The notes under the pieces are model-generated. The model was not told the DNA's origin. It was given only the letters and a program-made list of their open reading frames with translations, and ran no database searches. DNA of 23,809 bases, from the NCBI GenBank assembly GCA_021813835.1, contig JAKAJJ010000003.1, positions 1 to 23,809 of the forward strand. Direction: 5' to 3'. The DNA is from a bacterium (GTDB taxonomy: Bacteria > Patescibacteriota > Minisyncoccia > Phycocordibacterales > Phycocordibacteraceae). The position numbers and the translations under genes are program-made. Of the stretch, positions 15,461 to 23,320 are shown piece by piece. How positions within the stretch are numbered: the first letter of the stretch is position 1; each line of letters begins with the position of its first letter.

Positions 15461-16726
15461 CTATGCGAAGGATTCGGGGATGGGATGCGCGAGGGCGAGT
15501 TTCTTCATCTCCCGTTTTGCGCGGTTCACCGTCACGTCATCGCGCTTCGTGAGCACCTCGATCATGATCTCCGCGACGCGCGCCGCTTCTTTTGCAGTGA
15601 AGCCGCGGGTGGTCATCGCCGGCGTGCCGAAGCGGATGCCGGAGGGGTCCATCGGCTTGCGCGTATCATCCGCAATTGCGTTCTTGTTAAGCGTGATGCC
15701 CGCGCGGTCCAGAAGTTTCTCGGCCTCGCCGCCCGAAATACGAAACGATGTCCACACGTCGAGCAGGATGAGGTGGTTGTCGGAGCCGCCGGTAATCATC
15801 CGCGCTTTGTTCTTCTTGAAAACTTTCTCCATCGCGTGCGTATTCGCGATGATCTGCTTCGCGTACCTCTTGAACGACGGCCGGAGCGCCTCGCCGAAGG
15901 CGACCGCCTTCGCGGCGATCTGGTGCATGTGCGGCCCGCCCTGGAAGCCGGGAAATACGGCCTTGTCTATCTTCTTCGCGAGCTCCTCGCTCTCGCGCAC
16001 GAGAATCATCCCGCCGCGCGGGCCGCGGAGCGTCTTGTGCGTGGTCGTGGTCATGATGTCGAAGCCGTCGTCAAACGGATTCTTCGCCGCCTTCCCCGCG
16101 ATGAGCCCCGCGATGTGCGCGATGTCCATCACCGAAACGGCGCCCACCTCGCGCGCGATAGAGACGAACTTTTTATAATCCAACTCGCGCGGATATGCCG
16201 AGAAGCCGGCGAGAACGATTTTCGGCTTTATCTCCTTCGCCGTGCGCCGCATGGCGCCGTAGTCGATCTCGCCCGTTTCCACGTCCTTCATCTTGTACTG
16301 ATGGAAATTGAAAATCTTGGCGAGGTACGTCACGGGGTGGCCGTGCGTGAGATGCCCGCCGTGCGAGAGATCCATCCCGAGCACGGTGTCGCCCGGTTCA
16401 AGCAGGGCGAAATACATGGCGATGTTCGCGTTCGCGCCGCCGAGCGGTTGGACGTTCGCATACTTCGCTTTGAAAAGTTTCTTTGCGCGCTCGATGGCGA
16501 GCGTCTCCGCCTGGTCCGTGAATTCCTGTCCGCCGTAGTAGCGCTTTCCCGGATACCCTTCCGAGTACTTGTTTGTCAGGGACGACGCCATCGCCTCTTT
16601 CACCGCGCGCGAAACGTAATTCTCGCTCGGAATGAGCTCCAGCCCTTCCGCCTGTCGCTTCTCCTCGCCCACGACGGCGCGGTATATGTCTTTGTCCTCT
16701 TTGCGGATGCGTTTGTAACAGTCCAT
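15461..16726 (-). CDS. glyA: Serine hydroxymethyltransferase
   Basis: LELIPSENYVSRAV, YPGKRYYGG and TTTTHKTLRGPRGG (the PLP-lysine motif) are present. Length is 421 aa. Confidence 0.95.
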   Translation of the reverse strand: MDCYKRIRKEDKDIYRAVVGEEKRQAEGLELIPSENYVSRAVKEAMASSLTNKYSEGYPGKRYYGGQEFTDQAETLAIERAKKLFKAKYANVQPLGGANANIAMYFALLEPGDTVLGMDLSHGGHLTHGHPVTYLAKIFNFHQYKMKDVETGEIDYGAMRRTAKEIKPKIVLAGFSAYPRELDYKKFVSIAREVGAVSVMDIAHIAGLIAGKAAKNPFDDGFDIMTTTTHKTLRGPRGGMILVRESEELAKKIDKAVFPGFQGGPHMHQIAAKAVAFGEALRPSFKRYAKQIIANTHAMEKVFKKNKARMITGGSDNHLILLDVWTSFRISGGEAEKLLDRAGITLNKNAIADDTRKPMDPSGIRFGTPAMTTRGFTAKEAARVAEIMIEVLTKRDDVTVNRAKREMKKLALAHPIPESFA

Positions 16727-16728
16727 GA

Positions 16729-17718
16729 TTATTTTCTTTTTGGTTTTTTCGCCGCCCGGTGCAGCTTTTCGTTATAACCGCCGACAACGGAAAACGGGGC
16801 TTTGATGGTAGCGTGCGGATTGTAGTCGATAAGTTCTACAAATTTTGGCAGGAAAGTATCAAGCGACTTGAATGTTTTAGTGAATTTTACTTTCGGAAAC
16901 GGTCGCGGTTTGCGCTTGAGTTGCTCCCTCGCCTGCTCGCGATGGTCCTCATATATATGCAAGTCCCCGAAGGTGTGGACGAATTCTCCCGGCTCGCGGC
17001 CGAGTATTTCCGCGATTATCAGAGTGAGAAGCGCGTAGCTCGCGATGTTGAACGGCACGCCGAGGAAAATATCGGCGCTCCGCTGATACAACTGAAGGCA
17101 TACTTTCCCGTGTTTGATGTTCACCTGGTACAAGTTGTGGCATATCGGAAACCGCGCTCCTTCGCCCGGCTTGGCCATGCTGTAAAGATATTGCGGGTTC
17201 CACGCGGTGACGATCGTGTTGTGCGCATCCGGGTCTTTCCGGAGCTCCTCTATCACCCAGCCGAGCTGATCCACGGTCCGCTTGCCCTCCGCCGGCCAGC
17301 GTCGCCACAGCTCGCCGTAGATGTGGCGGAGCTCGCCGTGCTTTTTCGCGAACGCGGCGCTCTTCGCTATCTTCTCTATGAACGCCTCCTTCGTGAGCTC
17401 GGGCTCCTTCCCTTTTGCCACCTTTTCTTTGTAGATCTTGTAGGGGTAATCGTCCCAGATGTGCACGTTGTTCTCCACGAGGTATTTGATATTGGACTGG
17501 CCGGAGAGGAACCAGTACAGCTCGTGGAGAATGCCATTCCAATAGACTTTCTTGGTCGTGAGGAGCGGCAATCCTTGCGACAGGTCAAAACGGATCTGCC
17601 GACCGAAAACGCTGTAGGTCTTTATTCCCGTCCCGGCGTCCGTCTGCTCTTCACCGTTTTGAAGCGTGTCGCGCACGAGGTCCAGGTATTGGTGTTCGGG
17701 ATGGCGGGCTTTCTTCAT
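16729..17718 (-). CDS. Divergent thymidylate-synthase-fold protein (ThyA paralogue, Lactobacillus-type long form, altered phosphate-binding and C-terminal residues)
   Basis: ATG 17718 (MKKARHPEHQYLDL...) lies within tracked ORF 16729-17775. Conserved features: LLTTKKV, HELYWFL, PICH (Cys), [38 protein letters not shown]. Deviations from canonical ThyA are listed in the findings. Confidence 0.8.
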   Translation of the reverse strand: MKKARHPEHQYLDLVRDTLQNGEEQTDAGTGIKTYSVFGRQIRFDLSQGLPLLTTKKVYWNGILHELYWFLSGQSNIKYLVENNVHIWDDYPYKIYKEKVAKGKEPELTKEAFIEKIAKSAAFAKKHGELRHIYGELWRRWPAEGKRTVDQLGWVIEELRKDPDAHNTIVTAWNPQYLYSMAKPGEGARFPICHNLYQVNIKHGKVCLQLYQRSADIFLGVPFNIASYALLTLIIAEILGREPGEFVHTFGDLHIYEDHREQAREQLKRKPRPFPKVKFTKTFKSLDTFLPKFVELIDYNPHATIKAPFSVVGGYNEKLHRAAKKPKRK

Positions 17719-17722
17719 ATGG

Positions 17723-18316
17723 TTATTTATTTTTCTTCGCCGGTTTCCTTTTTGCCGGCTTTTTCTTCGGAACAACGGTCCGCTTCGGGGCGAAATGGTT
17801 CCAGTTGTTCTTCGCGAACCGCCCCGTGGTCCTGTAGGTGCGCGAGGGCGGTGACGATATCATCGAGAACATAATCTGCGCGATCTCCATGCCGGGGCGC
17901 AGAACGATAGGGATGTTGTTCTGGTTCGTTATTTCGAATGTGACGTTCAGAAAGTGCCCGGGGTTGATGATGCCGGCGGTGTTGTGCACCATGAGCCCGA
18001 TGCGGGCGAGCGAGGATTTTCCTCCGAGCTGTATGAGGTACTTGTCCGACCCGAAGAATTCCTTGGAAACGGCGAGTGCCGAGATGCCGGGATGCAGTAC
18101 GAATTCGTCACCATCTCCGATCTCTATCTCCCGCGGCTTCGCATAGTGCTTCCGTACGGGATCTATGACCATCGTGCCGGTGTCTTCATTCAAAACGAAT
18201 GTATTGCCCAGCCGGATGTCGTAGCTCACGGGTTGCAGCCGGGAGAGGTCGAACGGCTCAAGCGTGATGTCGCCCGCCTCCAGTGAACTCTTGATGTCGA
18301 CATCGGAAAGGAACAT
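17723..18316 (-). CDS. dcd: dCTP deaminase (Dcd family) with a polybasic C-terminal tail
   Basis: MFLSDVDIKSSLEAGDITLEPF..LQPVSYDIRLG, GGKSSLARIGLMVHNTAGIINPGH and VTFEITN (the Glu is retained) are present. The tail reads KRTVVPKKKPAKRKPAKKNK. Confidence 0.85.
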   Translation of the reverse strand: MFLSDVDIKSSLEAGDITLEPFDLSRLQPVSYDIRLGNTFVLNEDTGTMVIDPVRKHYAKPREIEIGDGDEFVLHPGISALAVSKEFFGSDKYLIQLGGKSSLARIGLMVHNTAGIINPGHFLNVTFEITNQNNIPIVLRPGMEIAQIMFSMISSPPSRTYRTTGRFAKNNWNHFAPKRTVVPKKKPAKRKPAKKNK

Positions 18317-18318
18317 GG

Positions 18319-18882
18319 CTAGACCTGGGTTTCCTCTCCGTGCGAGACGCGGCCGCCCTGGTGCTGTCCGCGGTAGCCGATAGCTTCGCCCTCAATTTTA
18401 TAAAACACGATGTTGCAGAAGCGCGCGCCGAGCTGGAGCTTCACCGGAAACGGGCTCAAATTCGTGAGACCGAAAGTGAGCGGTCCCGTATACCCCGGGT
18501 CGGTCTTCGTCGCAAGAAGGAGGAGGCCGGCGCGGAAGAGCGAGCTGCGCGGATAGACCATCGGCATCAGGTCAAGCGGCGCCGTGATCGTCTCGGCCGT
18601 CTGCACGAGATAATATTCGCCCGGCTTCACGATAAGTTCATCTTGCGTGTCGCCCTCTTTGAGGCGGAAGATTTCTTCGGTCGTCACGCCGCGGCGCTTG
18701 CCGAGACCGGCGGCGCCGTCGGCTTCAATGTAGGCGCCGCCCTCACTAATCTTGTGGACGGCGCCGAGGCGCAGGTCAATGCCGGTTCCTTCCGGATTGG
18801 AGAAATCGCGGCCGCCGAGTCCGGTAATAAGGTTCTCCTCTTTCATTCTCCGGACGACTTCCTTGATGCCGATGACTGACAT
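18319..18882 (-). CDS. Dcd/Dut-superfamily protein, probable dUTP diphosphatase (lacks the deaminase Glu)
   Basis: ATG 18882 (MSVIGIKEVV...) lies within tracked ORF 18319-19056. The motif is PRSSLFRAGLLLLATKTDPGYTGPLTFGLTNLSPFPVKLQLGARFCNIVF. The Asp of xDPGY is kept, but Gly replaces the Glu of the T(L/F)E(L/I) deaminase motif. Confidence 0.65.
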   Translation of the reverse strand: MSVIGIKEVVRRMKEENLITGLGGRDFSNPEGTGIDLRLGAVHKISEGGAYIEADGAAGLGKRRGVTTEEIFRLKEGDTQDELIVKPGEYYLVQTAETITAPLDLMPMVYPRSSLFRAGLLLLATKTDPGYTGPLTFGLTNLSPFPVKLQLGARFCNIVFYKIEGEAIGYRGQHQGGRVSHGEETQV

Positions 18883-18900
18883 CCTGCTAGTATACGGGAA
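18883..18900. promoter_or_regulatory. 18-bp divergent intergenic region with overlapping -10-like hexamers for both flanking genes
   Basis: The sequence is CCTGCTAGTATACGGGAA. TAGTAT lies 7 nt before folA ATG 18901. On the other strand, TATACT lies 6 nt before ATG 18882. The two hexamers share the palindrome GTATAC. Confidence 0.4.
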
Positions 18901-19428
18901 ATGCCAAAAGGTACAGATATTGACATCGCATACGGTTCGGGTCGGATTTCGCTTATTGCCGCTCTCGGGAAGCATCGGGAGCTCGGGAAGGACGGGCGGC
19001 TCCTGTGGCGCTTGCCGGACGATGTGCGACGGTTTAAGGAGCTGACGCGCGGCCACCCGGTCATTATGGGACGCAAGACGTGGGAGTCGCTCCCCGAGCG
19101 CTTTCGCCCGCTCCCTGGCCGCACCAATATTGTCGTCACGCGGCAGGCGGGATACGAAGCGAGCGGGGCGACGGTTGTTGACGGGCTGTCAGATGCCTTT
19201 CTCGCGGCACAGGATGCCCCGGGTTCACGGGAGACGTTTGTCATCGGCGGCGGCGAACTCTACGCGAGCGCTCTCCCCTACGCGACCCGCCTCTACCTCA
19301 CGCTCGTGGACGCCGCCGCCGAGGCCGACACCTTCTTCCCGCCGTACGAAACGGATTTCAAAATAATTTCGGATGAGCTCGGCGGCGGAGAACCGGCGCA
19401 CCGTTTCATTGCGCTCGAGCGAAGATAA
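18901..19428 (+). CDS. folA: Dihydrofolate reductase
   Basis: ISLIAALG, PVIMGRKTWESLP, LPGRTNIVVTR and FVIGGGELY are present. There is an N-terminal extension of about 14 aa relative to the usual MISLIAA start. Confidence 0.9.
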   Translation: MPKGTDIDIAYGSGRISLIAALGKHRELGKDGRLLWRLPDDVRRFKELTRGHPVIMGRKTWESLPERFRPLPGRTNIVVTRQAGYEASGATVVDGLSDAFLAAQDAPGSRETFVIGGGELYASALPYATRLYLTLVDAAAEADTFFPPYETDFKIISDELGGGEPAHRFIALERR

Positions 19429-19430
19429 GT

Positions 19431-19458
19431 AAAAACGCGGCAGCCCCAGGGCTGCCGC
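19431..19458 (-). terminator. Intrinsic terminator for thyA, between convergent folA and thyA
   Basis: A 9-bp stem GCGGCAGCC (19437-19445) / GGCTGCCGC (19450-19458) has a 4-nt loop. On the minus strand it is followed by CGTTTTTAC. Confidence 0.6.
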
Positions 19459-19473
19459 TGAACGTCCAAGGAT

Positions 19474-20310
19474 TCACACCGCCACAGGCGCCAAGATGGC
19501 CGGCCACGGATCGTACCCTTCGAGTTTGAAATCTTCGTACTTGAAACCGAAGATGTCCTTTACGTCGGGGTTGAGCTTCATCGTGGGGAGCGTCCGCGGC
19601 TCGCGCGAAAGCTGTTCCTTTACCTGTTCCAAATGGTTCAGATACAGGTGTGTGTCGCCACCGGTCCAGATGAACTCGCCGGGTTCGTAGCCGCACACCT
19701 GCGCGAACATCATAGTGAGCAATGCGTATGAGGCTATGTTGAACGGTACTCCGAGGAACGTGTCGCAGCTCCGCTGATACAGCTGGCACGAGAGCTTGCC
19801 ATCTGCCACGTAGAATTGGAAGAGGCAGTGACACGCCGGCAACTTCATCTTCGGCACATCAGCAGGGTTCCATGCCGTCACAATGATGCGTCGCGAATCG
19901 GGGTCCTTTTTGAGAAGCTCGACTGCATCAGCGATTTGGTCGATTGGCTCGTTGCGATAGAAACCGCTGCTTTCCGCCGTCGAACCCCGTCTATACACAT
20001 AGTTCGGCCAGGTTCGCCACTGGTAGCCATAGGCCGGCCCGATGTCACCGCTCGCGTCCGCCCACTCGTCCCAGATTGTGACGCCGCGTTCCTGTAGCCA
20101 GCGAATGTTCATATCGCCGCGTAAAAACCACAAAAGCTCGTAGATGATGCCTTTCAGGAAGACTTTCTTCGTTGTGAGGATCGGGAATCCCTTTGCGAGA
20201 TCGAAACGCATTTGGTATCCGAAGATACTGATGGTTCCCGTACCCGTACGGTCTGACTTCTTCACGCCGTGTTCTTCGATGTGCCGGAGTAAATCAAGGT
20301 ACTGTTTCAT
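19474..20310 (-). CDS. thyA: Thymidylate synthase (canonical ThyA)
   Basis: [70 protein letters not shown] and the C-terminus ...ILAPVAV are present. AGGAGG lies 5 nt upstream of the ATG. Confidence 0.95.
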   Translation of the reverse strand: MKQYLDLLRHIEEHGVKKSDRTGTGTISIFGYQMRFDLAKGFPILTTKKVFLKGIIYELLWFLRGDMNIRWLQERGVTIWDEWADASGDIGPAYGYQWRTWPNYVYRRGSTAESSGFYRNEPIDQIADAVELLKKDPDSRRIIVTAWNPADVPKMKLPACHCLFQFYVADGKLSCQLYQRSCDTFLGVPFNIASYALLTMMFAQVCGYEPGEFIWTGGDTHLYLNHLEQVKEQLSREPRTLPTMKLNPDVKDIFGFKYEDFKLEGYDPWPAILAPVAV

Positions 20311-20376
20311 TGCGCCCTCCTAATCCGTCAATCGAATTGACCCGAGCAAACTCTACGCTTCGGGGATGCCAAATGC

Positions 20377-20410
20377 AAACCGCCGCGACGGCTCTGCGTC
20401 GCGGCGGTTT
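20377..20410 (-). terminator. Intrinsic terminator downstream of rplK
   Basis: An 11-bp GC stem CCGCCGCGACG (20380-20390) / CGTCGCGGCGG (20397-20407) is extended by AAA/TTT. On the minus strand it is followed by TTTGCATTTGG. Confidence 0.6.
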
Positions 20411-20421
20411 TGAATGCAAAA

Positions 20422-20844
20422 CTATCCCTTCACTTCCACGCCCATCGAGCGGGCCGTGCCCTCGATGATGCGCGCGGCCATCGCGGGGTCGTTCGCGTTC
20501 AGGTCCGGCATCTTCTCCGCGGCGATGCCCGCGACCTGCGCCTTCGTGAGCGTGCCGGCTTTCTCCTGCGGCGCTTTCCCCGAACCCTTCTCGATGCCGA
20601 GAGCCTTCAAAATGAGGCGCGAGGCGGGCGGGGTCTTCATAATGAAGGAGAACGAGCGGTCGTCGTAGACCGAGAGCTCCACCGGGATGATCGTGCCGCG
20701 CTTGTCCTTCGTCGCCTCGTTGAATTGCGTCACGAACTGGCCGATGTTCACGCCCGCCGGGCCGAGCGCGGTGCCGACCGGCGGCGCGGGAGTCGCCTGC
20801 CCGCCCGGGATCTGCAGCTTTATCTTCTTCACGACGGTAGCCAT
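20422..20844 (-). CDS. rplK: 50S ribosomal protein L11
   Basis: [38 protein letters not shown] is present. Length is 140 aa. Confidence 0.95.
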   Translation of the reverse strand: MATVVKKIKLQIPGGQATPAPPVGTALGPAGVNIGQFVTQFNEATKDKRGTIIPVELSVYDDRSFSFIMKTPPASRLILKALGIEKGSGKAPQEKAGTLTKAQVAGIAAEKMPDLNANDPAMAARIIEGTARSMGVEVKG

Positions 20845-20863
20845 ATGTAGGAGCGAATGTACC

Positions 20864-21499
20864 TTAGAGCTTCCTCACCTGCAAGAAGTCGAGTTCGACC
20901 GGCGTCTCGCGGCCGAACATCGAAACGAGCACTTTCACCTTGCCGCGCTCCTCGTCGATGTCGCCCACCTTCCCCTCGAGGTCCTTGAACGGGCCGTCGG
21001 CGATGACGACCGGGTCGTCCTTCACGAGGTCGATGCGGTGCTTCGGCGCTTCCGCCGTCATCCGCTTCATAAGCGAGGCGACTTCCGCTTCCTCCATCGG
21101 CACCGGCGTATTGCCGCTCCCCACGAAGCCCGTCACGCGCGGCGTGTTGCGCACGACGAACCAGGAATCGTCGTCCACGATCATCCGCACGAGGATGTAT
21201 CCCGGGTAGATCTTTTCTTCCTCGACGGCGCGCTTGCCGCCTTTCACGCGGATCTTCTTCTCCGTCGGGACGACGACGTCGAAGATCTTATTTTCCATTC
21301 CGAGGGACTCGATGCGCTGTTTCAAATTGCGCTCAACGGCGTTCTCGTAGCCGGCGTAGGTGTGGATGGAGTACCACCGCGCGTCGTCCGGCTTCGGCGC
21401 GGTCTCGTCGCGCACTTCCTTGCGCGCCGACGGCGCGATGTCCGCCATCCCGATCTCCTCCGGGAGATCCCTTTCTCCGCTCTGGATGTGGTCGTCCAT
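20864..21499 (-). CDS. nusG: Transcription termination/antitermination factor NusG
   Basis: The NGN domain ([19 protein letters not shown]) and KOW domain ([40 protein letters not shown]) are present. It has an acidic N-terminal extension. Confidence 0.9.
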   Translation of the reverse strand: MDDHIQSGERDLPEEIGMADIAPSARKEVRDETAPKPDDARWYSIHTYAGYENAVERNLKQRIESLGMENKIFDVVVPTEKKIRVKGGKRAVEEEKIYPGYILVRMIVDDDSWFVVRNTPRVTGFVGSGNTPVPMEEAEVASLMKRMTAEAPKHRIDLVKDDPVVIADGPFKDLEGKVGDIDEERGKVKVLVSMFGRETPVELDFLQVRKL

Positions 21500-21506
21500 A
21501 CGAAAA

Positions 21507-21692
21507 TTATCCGCCCGCGACGCGGCTCACGACCGCGCTGAACGCGCCGTCCAGGACGCCGACCAGAAGCGCGATGGCCGCCGCGATGAGGACGACGACG
21601 AGCGTGTGCGCGATCGCCGTCCGGTTCGTCGGCCAGACGATGTGGGCGAACTCTTCGCGGACATGCTTCAGATAGCTGAGCAGTGAGGTCAT
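21507..21692 (-). CDS. secE: Preprotein translocase subunit SecE
   Basis: Length is 61 aa. VREEFAHIVWPTNRTAI is followed by one TM helix. It sits directly upstream of nusG. Confidence 0.8.
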   Translation of the reverse strand: MTSLLSYLKHVREEFAHIVWPTNRTAIAHTLVVVLIAAAIALLVGVLDGAFSAVVSRVAGG

Positions 21693-21780
21693 GGGATGGC
21701 GGCTAGTAAATAAGCAAGCTTGTTTCCGGCGCCCGCTCGCAAAAGATAGATAAGAATCTCTCTTTAGCTCACTCGCTTGG

Positions 21781-21804
21781 AAACAAAAAAGCCCTGCGGG
21801 CTTT
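21781..21804 (-). terminator. Intrinsic terminator after the SIMPL-domain gene
   Basis: The minus strand reads AAAGCCC-GCA-GGGCTTT followed by TTTTGTTT. Confidence 0.65.
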
Positions 21805-21858
21805 CAATGCCGGCATCGTAGTATGCCGGGCGGGACGTGTCAAGCGTCCGCGCCGCGC

Positions 21859-22653
21859 CTAGCGGATCTCGTAGGTGATCGAGACGGATGCGGTGTACGT
21901 GTTCTCGCCGGTCGGGACGTTCGGCGCCGCCGCGGCCGACCTCGCGTCCACCGCGCCGAGGCCGTACACCGGGTACGGATAGTTCCCCGAGGACTCGCTG
22001 AAATTCACGATTTTCCCGAGCGAAACGCCGAGCTGCGTCGCGAGGAGCGCCGCCTGCGCTTTCGCTTTCGCGATGGCGTCGGCGCGCGCCGCGTCGTAGC
22101 CGGCCGAGGGATCGTCGAGCGCGAAGGCGGGGCCGGACACGTTCTGCACCTCGAGCTTTCCGAGCCCTGCGAGCAGCGCGCCGACCGAGGAGAGATCGCG
22201 CACCGTCACCTGGATGCTCTCCGCGACCTGGTACCCGATGACCTTCGGCGTCCGCACGGGGCACAGCCCGCCCGCGGCGCAGGGGCTCGGATACGCGTAC
22301 TGCGGCGTGATGCTGTAGGAGAGCGTCTTCACGTCTTTGCTCGCGACGCCCCGCCCCGCGACGTAGTCGAGGACGGCGTTCGCCTGCTTTGTCGTCGCGG
22401 CCTGGGCGTCGGAAACCGCGGCGGCGGTGTGTTCGACCGTGAACGAGACGCGCGCGACGTCCGGCGGGAGGGTCGCCTGTCCCGAACCGTTCACCGTGAC
22501 GGTATCGGTCGCCGGCACGCCCGGGCGACCGAAATCCTGCGCGACCGCCACGGTCTGCGCGAGCAGGAAGAGCGAGAGGATGGACAGGGTGCCGATAAGC
22601 GCGATGCGGACGCCGCCGTTCTCGAGAAGCCCCTGGAAGGGATCGTTGTTCAT
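21859..22653 (-). CDS. SIMPL-domain (DUF541) periplasmic/secreted protein
   Basis: ATG 22653 (MNNDPFQ...) lies within tracked ORF 21859-22977. It has an N-terminal TM/signal helix. TVTVNGSGQATLPPDVARVSFTVE and the C-terminal GENTYTASVSITYEIR fit the SIMPL pattern. TATACT lies 6 nt upstream of the ATG. Confidence 0.75.
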   Translation of the reverse strand: MNNDPFQGLLENGGVRIALIGTLSILSLFLLAQTVAVAQDFGRPGVPATDTVTVNGSGQATLPPDVARVSFTVEHTAAAVSDAQAATTKQANAVLDYVAGRGVASKDVKTLSYSITPQYAYPSPCAAGGLCPVRTPKVIGYQVAESIQVTVRDLSSVGALLAGLGKLEVQNVSGPAFALDDPSAGYDAARADAIAKAKAQAALLATQLGVSLGKIVNFSESSGNYPYPVYGLGAVDARSAAAAPNVPTGENTYTASVSITYEIR

Positions 22654-22666
22654 AAGGAAAGTATAG

Positions 22667-23320
22667 TCAATTCCCCTGGAGCGTCGCAAGGAGCTTCCGG
22701 AGCGCCGATTGCGCGGGGAGCGCCGAGACGCCGAGCGCCGGATCGGTCCAATTCGCAACGCCGCGGTCGATAGCGTCGAAGCGGAGCATGTCGGTGCCGT
22801 GCGCGAGGTAGTACGCGGTGTCCACGACGCCTTCGAAGCGCTCAATGGGGACGACGGTGAGATTCCGGTCGGCGATGATAATCGAGACGTACTTCGCTTC
22901 CGGTACGGGCAAGCCGGAGGGGCTGCCGAGGGCGGTCGCCTGGATGACCGCGAGCGGCGTCGAGGACGCGAGGGCATAGCGACGGATGACGATGCCCGCC
23001 GGTTCGGTCGTCGACGCGGACGAGGTCGCGATCGGCGAATCGTAGGCGGCGATGCTCGCCGCGTCCGGCAGGGCGGCGGGAGAGAATCCGTCCGGAACGG
23101 CGTAGGCGATGCCGGCGTCGGGAAGCGATACGTTCGGCGGCGGGCACTCCGGGAACGTGCAGGAAAGTCCCGTGCGGGCGACCGATGTTCCGTCGGGGCA
23201 CACCTTCGCGTCGAGCGGGCAGGCGATCGGCTGGAACGGATGTTCGACGGCGTTGCGGTACAGGAGCCCGCCGAGCCCGACGACGACGATGAGCAGGATG
23301 CCCGCGATAAGGCCTTTCAT
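22667..23320 (-). CDS. Hypothetical membrane-anchored protein with a 4-Cys motif after the TM helix
   Basis: ATG 23320 (MKGLIAGILLIVVVGLGG...) is preferred over 23338 because TGCTATCAT lies 8 nt upstream of it. The motif CPLDAKVCPDGTSVARTGLSCTFPEC resembles a Cys motif I recall from CPR/actinobacterial hypothetical proteins. Confidence 0.55.
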   Translation of the reverse strand: MKGLIAGILLIVVVGLGGLLYRNAVEHPFQPIACPLDAKVCPDGTSVARTGLSCTFPECPPPNVSLPDAGIAYAVPDGFSPAALPDAASIAAYDSPIATSSASTTEPAGIVIRRYALASSTPLAVIQATALGSPSGLPVPEAKYVSIIIADRNLTVVPIERFEGVVDTAYYLAHGTDMLRFDAIDRGVANWTDPALGVSALPAQSALRKLLATLQGN

